Source: Octopus sinensis (Eukaryota). Taken from it: DNA of 33,268 nucleotides. How positions within the stretch are numbered: position 1 is the first letter of the stretch; each line of letters starts with the position of its first letter. A program made the translations under genes and the position numbers. Shown piece by piece: positions 21,376 to 31,730 of the stretch. The DNA is taken from contig NW_021832431.1 of assembly GCF_006345805.1 (NCBI RefSeq), positions 1 through 33,268 on the forward strand, in the 5' to 3' direction. Below the pieces are notes generated by a model. The model made no database searches. It worked only from the letters and a program-made list of their open reading frames with translations, and was not told the DNA's origin.

Positions 21376-21650
21376 ATGTATATAATAATAAATATTAGGG
21401 AATAAATCCAAATTTACAAGGAAAAATCAGATTTAAGATTGAATCCAATTTTATAGTAAAATATATAATATCAAATTAGAGACAAAACCACTATTATGCA
21501 AATCAAACAAAGAATGTCTAAGATGTGCTGACATGAAACGATCGTAGTGGTCATTCATATGTTAAATTTTAATTTACATAAATTATTTTATGTATTGGCT
21601 TAAGTCTTTTTTTGTTTGATTTGCATAATAGTGGTTTTGTCTCTACTTTA
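21376..21650. mobile_element. PLE-like inverted fragment (arms 21477-21510 and 21611-21645) with a truncated HHR (21511-21552)
   Basis: tagagacaaaaccactattatgcaaatcaaacaa and its reverse complement. The loop holds AGA-ATGTC..GACAT-GAAAC-GATC-GTA-gtggtc. Confidence 0.6.
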
Positions 21651-21689
21651 ATATTATATATATGTATATATATAATGTATATAGGTATA

Positions 21690-21728
<39 letters not shown>

Positions 21729-21828
21729 TATGTATGTATGTATATATGTATATATATATATATGTATATATATATATGAATATATATATATATATATGTA
21801 TACATGTATATTATATAGTCTATATATA

Positions 21829-22226
21829 CTAGCAGTATCGCCCGGCGTTGCTCGGGTTTGTAAGGGAAATAACTATATAAGCATTTTTAGAGAGTTATAG
21901 CCAAAAAAATAGCAAAAAAATGCATTAAAAATGGAAAACAAATGATGGTAAATTTTTTTTTAATCGTTGACTCATCGTAGACATTTTTAGAGAGTTACTT
22001 CCCTTATATAATAGCGAAAAAATGCATTAAAATGGAAAAAAATGATGGTAATTTTTTTTTAAAATCGTAGACTCATCGTAGACGCGCGCTAATACCCAGA
22101 AGGGCTCGATATGAATCATGACTATAAGATACCCGGTTTTGGTTAAACTGCACCGCAAAATGTGGGAGTAGTTAGGAATCTAAATCGTAGGAGACAGACA
22201 CACAACTTCACTTTTATATATAAAGA
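21829..22226 (-). mobile_element. Non-autonomous Helitron (same family as 10693-11327)
   Basis: Identical 3' terminus ctagcagtatcgcccggcgttgctcggg on the plus strand and an A|TC 5' end. Shorter internal part. Confidence 0.78.
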
Positions 22227-22239
22227 TTTCGAGGGTGAG

Positions 22240-22381
22240 GGCAGGTCGATGTAATCGACCCCGAAAGGGATGAAAGGCAAAGTGGACCTCGGCAGAATTT
22301 GAATTTAGAATGTAAAGACGGACGAAACGCCGCTAAACATTTTGCATGGCGTGCAGACAATTCTGCCAGCTCGCCACCTTA
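22240..22381 (-). mobile_element. SINE (family of 3076-3290), internally deleted
   Basis: gatgaaaggcaaagtggacctcggcagaatttgaa...attctgccagctcgccacctta. Confidence 0.78.
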
Positions 22382-22924
22382 AATGTAACAAAATACTGGC
22401 GTGAGTTTAGTGCGACCGAATTACAGATGGAATACTGAGTGAATTAGTATATGATGAAACGCATCTAATTTATTTTTCCCACAAAATATCATTTCTTTTC
22501 TCATAAAAAGAGTAGGGATTTGTCTAACGCGAGGATACGTCTTATGCATCGGCAAATACAGTATTTAGAACCGATGAATTAAAGAGAGAACTTCTTTTAT
22601 AGTTTTTTTTTGGGTGATTCTTTTTTAAGTGTCTTGAAAAGGGCAATATTCTATCGAAAGATAAAAAAGCCATAAGGGGAATGGTTAAGAAATGTTAAAG
22701 ATGCTATATTATATTTACTGTATTTATCGGTGTATAAGACACGCAATTTTATTTTGAAATGTACCATAAAATTTCCCTTGCATCCCGTCCAGGTGGGGGA
22801 ATTTCTACGCCACTGAAACCGGGAAACTTATGAGCCTGGCATGGCTCGAGAAGGAACATTTATTTATTTAAGATACATTAGACGAGCACTGTATTTAAAT
22901 TTTATCTTCCTTTAGATCAGTGGT

Positions 22925-23096
22925 TCTCAGCGGGACCCCGGTCCGTCGCAGGATTACTCGTTTTTGCCAGCTGAGTGGACTGGAGCAACGTGAAAATGAA
23001 GTGTTTTGCTCAAGAACACAACGCATCGCCCGGTCCAGGAATCGAAACCACAACCTTACGATCATGAGATCAACGACTAAGCCACGCGCCTCCACC
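22925..23096 (-). mobile_element. tRNA-derived SINE; a 3' tail fragment lies at about 22780-22870 on the plus strand
   Basis: Minus strand ggaggcgcgtggcttag...ggtttcgattcctggaccggg...gttgtgttcttgagcaaaacac...ccagtccactcagctgg. Confidence 0.75.
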
Positions 23097-23197
23097 TAAT
23101 GTATCTCATGTATGATAAATTTATACTTTCACACTTTATTCCGATATACTGTCAAATCATTGTATTTACACTGTATTTACATACACAGAGTCACACA

Positions 23198-23408
23198 CGC
23201 TAGCGTAGCTGGGGGTGGTGCTGGGGGGGGGGGGGGGCTGTGGTAAGGGCCGTCCGCTCCGAGCGGCACTTTTAAAAGGGCACCACTATTGGGTCTGCTG
23301 TGGGCATTTTTTTTTTTGAGGGGTTCGGGGGCGGCAAACGGTAAGGCTATCTCCAGGCGGCAAACGGATAAGCCACTCCAGACGGCACACACTCTAGTTA
23401 CGCTAGTG
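23198..23408. mobile_element. hAT-family MITE (211 bp)
   Basis: 15 bp imperfect TIRs (CGCTAGCGTAGCTGG / CTAGTTACGCTAGTG) and a perfect 8 bp TSD GTCACACA at 23190-23197 and 23409-23416. Confidence 0.85.
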
Positions 23409-23715
23409 GTCACACATTTCCCCTAAAGAAACCCACTTTAAAATATCTATAAGAGTATGATGAAACATTAAATTCCCCTTCACAAATATACTTTTAATAG
23501 GTGCATCTTATATAAGAGTGCGTCTTATACGCCGGCAAGAGCAGTAATTTCCACGAAGAGAGAATGAAATTTAATGATCAGCTGTGTTGTTTGCGTCAAG
23601 ATTGGAAGACAGTGTTTTAATTTGGTTTGCTGAAAAAGCACAAAATAACCGCATTCTACTATGTTGGTCCAAACAAGTTAACTATTGACAGCTAGGATGG
23701 TGCTCTTATATACAA

Positions 23716-24174
23716 CTAGCAGCATAGCCCGGCATTGCCCGGGTATGTAAGAGCCCCTAGTAGGCAACGACTAATCCCAATCTAGTCCTTTCCCTCTAAG
23801 GAACGAAGGCGCATGTGTAGTTGCAATGTCTTCTCTTCACTCAATACTTCCGTGTATACGATGTTCCTAGCTGTCCCTTTGGGCGAAAACTGAAACATCA
23901 TTGCGCCTCCCAACGCGTGAACAGCCCACGTACAGTCCAGAAAATGTGTTGCATATAAAAAGCTTAGATTCTCGACCCCATGTCGAATTTATCGATTTTT
24001 TCAGAACTGGGGTAACTTCAAAAATTTTCGCTGCGTTAGTTTTGAATTATGACATTGGGCTATGTGTGTGTCAAGTTTCATCAGAATCGGTGAAAGCCGT
24101 GGTCATGGTGAGGGTACAACCTGACAGACACACAGACACACAGACAGACAAACTGCCGTTTATATATAGAGAGA
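23716..24174 (-). mobile_element. Non-autonomous Helitron (second family)
   Basis: A|TCTCTCTATATATAAACGGCAG 5' end, hairpin cccgggcaatgccggg, and CTAG|T 3' end. Confidence 0.72.
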
Positions 24175-24224
24175 TGTCTATATGTATATATGTATATATG
24201 TATATTATATGTATATATATTATA

Positions 24225-24260
<36 letters not shown>

Positions 24261-24475
24261 ATATATATATGTATATATATATATGTATATATATATATAT
24301 AGATACTTTGTAAATATATATATATATGTATATATATATGTACATATATATATATATGTGTATATATATATATATATGTAAATATATATATGTATATATA
24401 TAATATGTTATATATATATGTATATGTATATATTATATGTATATATATATATGTATATATATATATATTATAAAA

Positions 24476-24553
<78 letters not shown>

Positions 24554-24567
24554 TATATTATATATTA

Positions 24568-24606
<39 letters not shown>

Positions 24607-24700
24607 ATGTATATGTATATATATATAGATATAATATATGTATATGTTGTAATATATATATATATATGTATATGTATGTATATATATATATATATAGATG

Positions 24701-24768
<68 letters not shown>

Positions 24769-24902
24769 ATGTATATATATATTATATATATGTATATATA
24801 TATATATATATATGTATGTATATATATATATATGTATATGTATATATATATATATGTATGTATATATATATATATGTATAATATATATATATTGTATATA
24901 TA

Positions 24903-24952
<50 letters not shown>
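24175..24952. repeat. ~780 bp (TA)n-rich microsatellite
   Basis: Directly visible. Confidence 0.95.
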
Positions 24953-24955
<3 letters not shown>

Positions 24956-26158
24956 TCAGAAGCTGGTCCTGAAGCGTGATGGCATTGTAAGATCTTTGGC
25001 ACTATGCAGTGTCGTTACGTTCTAGCATTAGTGTTGCTTACAATGCCAAAATTTGGCACAATTCCTTCCAGGATTTTCCAGATATATATCACTGCATACC
25101 TCTCCCGTTTTCTCTCCAGGGAGTAGAGTCTTAGCTGTTTCAACCTTTCCCAGTAGCTGAGCTGTTGCAAAGAGATGATCTTCTTTGTGAATCCTCTCTG
25201 GATTGCTTCAAGGTCCACTGTTAATTTTACACTTGTAGGTGACCATAGCTGTGAGCAGTAATCCAGGCGACTGAGGACGAATGTCCGCCAGAGGACCATC
25301 ATGGTTTCCTTATCTCTGCTTCTGAATGTTCTTAGGATCCACCCAGCCAGTCGTCTGCACTTTGCCGCCATCCTGGTAATGTGCACTTGGAAAGAAGTAT
25401 CATCACTGATGTCGATACCCAGGTCCCTCACAGACTTAGGCTCTGGGATTGAAATTCCCTGTGGACCGGTGTATCCTGTAAGTTTAATATTCAGTTTTGG
25501 ATGCTGGTAGCGCTGGGCCTGGAATTTTTCAGCATTAAACTGCATATTATTATCCTCAGCCCATCTGTAGATTGAGTCCAACTCCTGCTGCAGGTGTGCA
25601 ACCACGCTGGGGTTCTGTATTTTCTGCGAGACTTTCGTATCGTCTGAATACCTGGCCAGAGTGACTATCCGGGCATTTGAGGGCATATCTGAGAGGGCCA
25701 CTATAAAAAGCAGTGGTCCCAAGACAATGCCCTGTGGAACACCACTCACTATTTGTGTGTTCATAGAGGTGGCTCCATTAACCACTACTGCCTGACTCCT
25801 ATCTTTCAGGAAGTCATGCAACCACACTCCAAGTTTTCCAGCTATGCCGAGGTCACGTAGTTTGTGGCATATCATACCACCTTGTCGAAAGCTTTTGCAA
25901 AATCAAGGTAGATTACGTCCACATTTGATTTGTTGAGCAACTGCCTCAACACCCTGTCATAATGTTGTAAGAGCTGGGTCAGGCAGCTCCTACCTTGTCG
26001 AAAACCATGCTGGGTATCACTCAGCAAGTTATTTTCCTCAAGGAATGCGATAAGTTTCTTTCTGACTATCCGTTCCATGACTTTGCTGATGTGTGAAGTA
26101 AGAGAGATAAGCCTATAGCTTTTGGCATCTGCTCTACTTCCCCCTTTATGTATTGGGC
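24953..26158 (-). mobile_element. CR1-group LINE RT remnant (same family as 6834-8485), with a 286 aa open segment at 25015-25875
   Basis: QHGFRQGRSCLTQLL, YLDFAKAFDK, SGVPQGIVLGPLLF, YSDDT, VRDLG, YCSQLWSP, LYSLERKRERY. One frameshift at about 25878. Confidence 0.93.
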
Positions 26159-26349
26159 ATATATATATATATATATATATCTATATATCTATATATATAT
26201 ATAAGTATATAGTATATATTAGAATATATAGGATATATATAGATAGATATATATCTAAGTATATATAGATATATATATATATATATATAGTATATATAAT
26301 ATATTATATATATATATATAAGTATATATATATATATATATATTATAGA

Positions 26350-26380
<31 letters not shown>

Positions 26381-26535
26381 ATATATTATATATATATATA
26401 TATATATTATATATGTCTATAGATATAATATATATATATATATCTATAATGTATATATGTATATATATATATACATATATATATACCTATCATTTATGTA
26501 TATATGTATAAGATATATATATATATATGCATATA

Positions 26536-26573
<38 letters not shown>

Positions 26574-26838
26574 GTATATATATATACATATATATTACCT
26601 ATATATATTATGTATATAGTATATATATATATATATATGCATATATATATGCTAGACTATATATACTTCATATATACATATATATGTACATATATACATA
26701 CATATATATATATATATACACATATATATACACATATCTATAGATATATATATATAACATATATATATATATACATTAATATATAACATATTATATATAC
26801 ATATATATATACATATATATATACATATATATAAAAAC

Positions 26839-26901
<63 letters not shown>

Positions 26902-26933
26902 CATATATATAAATACATATTATAAAACATATA

Positions 26934-26965
<32 letters not shown>

Positions 26966-26985
26966 GTATTTATATATATGTATAT
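26159..26985. repeat. ~830 bp (TA)n-rich microsatellite
   Basis: Directly visible. Confidence 0.95.
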
Positions 26986-27122
26986 CCTAAGCTTTGTCGA
27001 CCCGACAAAAGCATAACACCCGCACCTCCGAGGGCGAGCTCCAGCAGATGTTCCATGAACTGGAGGTCCCCTTTGGTGGTTTCTCCTCCGGGGGTCTCAC
27101 TCTCACCTCCCACGGCACCACT

Positions 27123-27512
27123 TCAGCACCAGCCACAGGTTGGCACCTTCCCCTGCGGCCTGGGTAACACCTCTGCCAAGGCTGCAAAGCTTCCTACGAG
27201 CCGCCTACAATAGGCGCACCGTCCGAGAAGTTCCTCAAATCCCTCACACAGGCAGGGTCCGGCCATCTTCCAGTGGCCACCTTCCTCAGGGCCTCTATAT
27301 CCCACGTAGCATCTCGCTGTGCCATCCCCATTCCGCGCAATAATCGCCGACGACCAGGGACCATTCCGCTTTCCACTGTTCCCCGTCGCCGATATCTCCT
27401 CTTGCACTGCCGTACTGGGACTTTCCTTCCGTCCCTCGCTGCTTTCCTCAAGCGTACAACCGCCTTGTTGATGAAGCACTCCGCCTTGTTCATCGCGACC
27501 AACCTCTGACAA
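27123..27512 (-). CDS. 129 aa ORF fusing degenerate Gypsy RT N-terminus and RT thumb relics (no YxDD core)
   Basis: GPWSSAII.RNGDGTARCYVGYR resembles SPWSSP.V...KKDG..RFCVDYR. LLGRCAYCRRLVGSFAALAEVL.R..GK...W resembles FLGL..YYRRFV..FA.IA.PL..L..K...W. Alignment by eye. Confidence 0.55.
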   Translation of the reverse strand: MSEVGRDEQGGVLHQQGGCTLEESSEGRKESPSTAVQEEISATGNSGKRNGPWSSAIIARNGDGTARCYVGYRGPEEGGHWKMAGPCLCEGFEELLGRCAYCRRLVGSFAALAEVLPRPQGKVPTCGWC

Positions 27513-27718
27513 CCTTCGCGACCAAACGTCCTGCGCTCCCTACCAACGGTTGCTTCTTCCGCAACTGCTCAGTGGACCACGATCTCCTTTAACTGCATCA
27601 CTGAAACCCGCAGAAACTGACCCGCCGCTGGTTCACCGTCCGGCGCAGTTCACGATTTGCCCTCTGCAAATCGCGCCCGCGCACCTTCAATAAATCGGTC
27701 GACCCAACCAGCGCTCTG

Positions 27719-28915
27719 TCAATTTCTGCTTCCACCAGGGTCCAGCCGACCCCCAATTGAGCTCTTTACTCTGCCCTGCCTGTCGGCTCCACCGCCCACG
27801 CAACCATCGAATACAGAGCCACCCGAGTGCCAACCAAGCACACCAGCGACTCCTTGCGGCCCGCTTCCCAACTGCATCATTGGGCCACCATCTCCTTCAT
27901 ACTGCGTTGCCGTATCGACAGAATGGCCCCACCACTGGTTCGCCATCTGGCACGATTCCTCGATTTGCCTTCTACAAATCGCCTGTGCCACTTCCAAAAG
28001 ATCGGCCGACCCAGCCAGCGCTCTGCCAGCTTCTGCTTCTACTAGGGTCCACCCGACCCTCAATTGAGCTCTTACTATGCACTGCCTGTCGGGCTCCACC
28101 GGCCCCAAGCAGCCATCAACCACAAAGCTCACCCAACGCTGAAGCAGTCTTCCTGGTCTTGGTAGACCCACCACCGTTCGTAGCCGTCTCGCCTCGTCAA
28201 CGGGCCTGGTCCTTTTCCTCTCCAGCTTCTGCACCGAAGGCCTCCCAGAACGCACATTCAGCCGCCAGTCCATCCACGCCTGTGGCCTCCCCACAGTGGG
28301 AACCATACAGTCCTTCTGAGCCCCGAGAGACAGGGGCCCAGACACCAAAGGACTCGCACACGGCATAACACCTGCCGCGACCATTACACACAGAGCCGGA
28401 ACCTTGGGTTCAGCGACATCCGCCCCAGACCTCACCAGCTCTTCGTCCCGAGCTCCGAGAGACAGGGGTCGAGATGCCAAGGGCTCCAGACACGGAACAA
28501 CAGCATCAGCCATAACACCTTCAACAGGCCTTTCGGTTTCCTCAACCTCTACAGGTTCCAAATCACAAGATTTCTTGGGTACAGCGTCACAAATTTCGGC
28601 AACCAACCCAGGTTCCGCAACACTTCCTTCACTATCTGTTTCACTCGATGCTTCGTTTGACGGGCAATCTCTGCCCACAAGACCGTCGCTATCCCCGGTC
28701 CAACACCGATCCTCCAAAGCTGACCCATCCGCAACCTCAAGCTCCTGCTGATCTGCCCACAGGCCCTGTCGCCTCTTGTCCATTCTTTCTAAGAATGCGT
28801 CTGTCTGCGCCATCTGGCCCCTCAACATCTCCGCAATCAGGGCAAGCGAAATCTCCTCGTCTCCGGTCCGACAACCAGACAAATCCATAGCGAAAAAGCC
28901 GATCAAGCACAGCAA
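27719..28915 (-). CDS. 398 aa ORF in the gag position (first ATG 28888), acidic and low-complexity, with a degenerate protease-like C-terminal part
   Basis: An open frame starting just downstream of the PBS. No CCHC. TLVEAEAGRALAGSADLL resembles LVDTGAxRTLVRxDLL. Confidence 0.55.
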   Translation of the reverse strand: MLCLIGFFAMDLSGCRTGDEEISLALIAEMLRGQMAQTDAFLERMDKRRQGLWADQQELEVADGSALEDRCWTGDSDGLVGRDCPSNEASSETDSEGSVAEPGLVAEICDAVPKKSCDLEPVEVEETERPVEGVMADAVVPCLEPLASRPLSLGARDEELVRSGADVAEPKVPALCVMVAAGVMPCASPLVSGPLSLGAQKDCMVPTVGRPQAWMDWRLNVRSGRPSVQKLERKRTRPVDEARRLRTVVGLPRPGRLLQRWVSFVVDGCLGPVEPDRQCIVRAQLRVGWTLVEAEAGRALAGSADLLEVAQAICRRQIEESCQMANQWWGHSVDTATQYEGDGGPMMQLGSGPQGVAGVLGWHSGGSVFDGCVGGGADRQGRVKSSIGGRLDPGGSRN

Positions 28916-28923
28916 TCAGGACA

Positions 28924-28941
28924 ATCCCACTTCTGACACCA
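28924..28941 (-). promoter_or_regulatory. Primer-binding site complementary to the tRNA-Leu 3' end
   Basis: Minus strand LTR...CGTAACA-AT-TGGTGTCAGAAGTGGGAT is complementary to ATCCCACTTCTGACACCA, the 3' end of eukaryotic tRNA-Leu. Confidence 0.85.
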
Positions 28942-28943
28942 AT

Positions 28944-30038
28944 TGTTACGGAATCACCCGTCGTCGCCGCTCGCCCGAACGGGGCAAGTTCGCCACGGAA
29001 CCCAAAGAGGAGAGAGGAGAGATACAACAACAACAACAACCGCAGCAGCACAGAGATACAGAGGCAACCGAGAGAGACACAAAACAACGGCAAGGCAACA
29101 ACTGGCTTACATTTAACACTAGTTTATGACAATCAATTATTACAACATCAAAGCATTTAAAGGAAACAACAAATCAATACAGGTATACAACAGATCAAAG
29201 CATTTAAACATGCAAGTAACAATTAACCGTCCGGTAACGACACAACAGGTCAATACATCAGCATTTCAAAGGTACACGTCAGTCCGAAACACGTTCTATT
29301 TCAAAACACATCACAGATAAACGTCCACAGTTCTTTAAAGTCTTTTACAATCTCATTTCTATTTTCTTTGTAACATGTATCAACACAATTTTGAACATAA
29401 ATACCACAACTCGATAATCGACACATCGACAAGTCCTCTACTCAATTCACAATGTTCTTTATCGACTACATCAGAGTCTTTCTTTTCACTGTCTCTTTAC
29501 ATCGTGACACGTATCAATACATAATCAAATACCTTAATTCCTAACTGAACAGCCAGTGTCCCATCTTGCACTTCATCTCTCTCTGTACCGCTTATTCCTC
29601 TGTATATATTCCTTTCTGTCTGTCGCTAGCTCCAACCTGCCAAGCTCTCGCATCCCAACTTGCTTGCCCTGACTTCCAAAACCGTCTGTCTTCTTTGACG
29701 ACCGAATACCCACTACCTCAAAACCTCACTTGCTCTCTCCTTCCCACTACCCTAATCTCCATCTGTCTCTACTGCTTATACCCTCTCTATCTGCTCTCAG
29801 CCCTACTGCCTATCTCTATCGCGCCGCTGCTGTCATCCTCTCTATCTGCTCTCAGATTTGTTACTCTATCTTTCTCACCACTTCACATCTCTCTGACCGC
29901 CAATCGACCGGCAAGGCCAAAGGTCCCTCCAAAACCCATTACTCTTCCAGCAAACAAAGGACTTTAACTTTACACTGCAGACTTCCCGTCTCTAAGCCAA
30001 GCAAAGTAGGTCAAGAAGTACCGTGAACTGAACTATTC

Positions 30039-30044
<6 letters not shown>
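28944..30044 (-). repeat. 5' LTR (1101 bp)
   Basis: Starts TGTTGTG next to (TA)n and ends CGTAACA next to the PBS. Confidence 0.85.
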
Positions 30045-30085
<41 letters not shown>

Positions 30086-30282
30086 TATATAGTATTATAT
30101 ATGTATTGTATATATTATAATATATATATATATGTATATATATATATCATCATATCATCATCATCATTTAGCGTCCGTTTTCCATGCTAGCATGGGTTGT
30201 ATATATAGTTATATATATATATGTAATAGAAATATTAAAATAACTAAGTCTCTCTAAAAAGAACCCGCAGCGTTCCCGGAAA

Positions 30283-30461
30283 ATAATAGTTATCGCCATA
30301 CTAATATGGCATTCTTATAAAAATACCTTGTTCGAAGGTTATATGGATACAGTTTGTGTGATCAAATAGCTAACTTAAGGCGATGGCCTCATGGAGCTAT
30401 AAGCGGACAGCTTTTTCTTATTTTTATAAGAATGCCATATTAGTATGGCGATAACTATTAT
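30283..30461. repeat. 42 bp inverted repeat (30283-30324 and 30420-30461), probably another PLE-like inversion relic
   Basis: ataatagttatcgccatactaatatggcattcttataaaaat and its exact reverse complement. The family assignment is inference. Confidence 0.7.
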
Positions 30462-30519
30462 AATATGTATATTATATGTATATATAATATGTATATATAT
30501 TATATATACCACTTTTGCT

Positions 30520-31583
30520 TAACCTCTGCAACCACACACTTTCCACCTTTGTCGCTCCAAAGATTTGGCACCAATCTCAAATCATTCCAATACCCAAAAA
30601 AGGCGATTGTCCCTCGTCACCAACTACAGGGGCATATCTCTAATGTCAATTGCTGCAAAACTGTACAACAAACAACTGATCCTAAATCGTCTTGTCCTTT
30701 TTGTTGAACCTTTGCTCGAAAGAACCAAACTAGATTCAGACATGGGCGCTCCACGCTGAGCCAGATACTATGCCTGCGCAGACTTATTGAGAATCAAAGC
30801 ATTTAATCGCGATCTTGCAATAGTATTTGTAGACTTTTCTAAAGCGTTCGATTCTGTAGATAGGTGCAAGATGTTTGAAATCCTTAAGCTCTATGGGATA
30901 CCAAACATAAATTATTTCTGCCATCAAGGTCCGCTACACAGATACGTCTTCAACCATCTTCACCCCTGATGGAGAAACATCATCTTTCTCGATCGAGGCC
31001 GGAATACTGCAGGGAGACCACTCGCCCATTTCTTTTCATCATAGTTGTTGATTATGTGCTACGTATGTCAGTTGATACCATCTCTGGCAAGGGCTTTGAA
31101 ATAAAACCAAGAAGAAGTTCCAGACACCCAGCTGAGTACTTGACAGACACTGACTTTGCTGACGACATCGCTCTTATCAGTGATTCTCTCTCCAATGCCC
31201 AGTCTCTTTTACAATCTCTTGAACAAGCCTCAAATTGTGTAGGTCTTTACCTCAATGAGACCAAAACTGAATACATAAACAAGTGCCTGTCCAACAGTGA
31301 TTGCATCCATCCACACTCTCAACATCTCTTGTGAAAGGTAGGAGAGTCCAGTTTGCTGGACATTGTTGTAGAGCTGAAAAAGAAGTAATTTCTACTCTTC
31401 TCCTCTGGAAGCCATCTACTCGCAACACCAGAGGGCGCACACTCTCCTACCCTGATGTAATCTCCAGGGATACAGGCATCCAGCAACAGGACCTCCGTAA
31501 TGCTATGATGGACCGTGAAGTCTGGCGCAACATGGTAAATTCCATTGTCTCGACCACTGTCGAACAATGATGATGATGATGAT
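30520..31583 (+). mobile_element. RTE-clade LINE, 5'-truncated, with intact 3' end and a (GAT)n tail
   Basis: NYRGISLMSIAAKLYN, VDFSKAFDSV, PFLFIIVVDYV, DFADDIAL, GLYLNETKTEY, RRVQFAGHC, DREVWR; stop at 31568-31570, then tgatgatgatgat. Frameshifts and an internal deletion. Confidence 0.88.
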
Positions 31584-31663
31584 ATGTAATCTATATATCT
31601 ATATATATATATGTATATATATGTGTTATATATATATATATACATATATATACATATATATAC

Positions 31664-31707
<44 letters not shown>

Positions 31708-31730
31708 CATATATACATATATATATATAT
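31584..31730. repeat. (TA)n/(TACA)n microsatellite
   Basis: Directly visible. Confidence 0.9.

Larger units (their letters stand above)
22716..23546. mobile_element. Tc2/pogo-like MITE shell with TA TSD, hosting nested insertions
   Basis: Left TIR TA|CTGTATTTATCGGTGTATAAGAC and right TIR GTCTTATACGCCGGCAAGAGCAG|TA. An orphan similar TIR lies at about 22537-22563. Confidence 0.5.
26986..30044 (-). mobile_element. Gypsy-derived LTR element: 5' LTR, PBS and degenerate internal region, 3'-truncated
   Basis: LTR TGTT...AACA at 28944-30044, PBS at 28924-28941, internal ORFs with protease-like and RT-like relics, and no second LTR before the (TA)n at 26985. Confidence 0.82.

Noticed and set aside
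27657-28890. Plus-strand ORFs (136-203 aa) overlapping the Gypsy-derived ORF
   Set aside because: They are antisense shadows in GC-rich sequence with no recognisable motifs.
29566-30026. ORFs within the LTR (133 and 98 aa)
   Set aside because: Low-complexity, pyrimidine-rich LTR sequence with no protein signature.
30325-30420. Hammerhead in the loop of the 42 bp inverted repeat
   Set aside because: Only degenerate traces on the minus strand (ctccatgagg...ttcgaac); the core and stems cannot be assembled.
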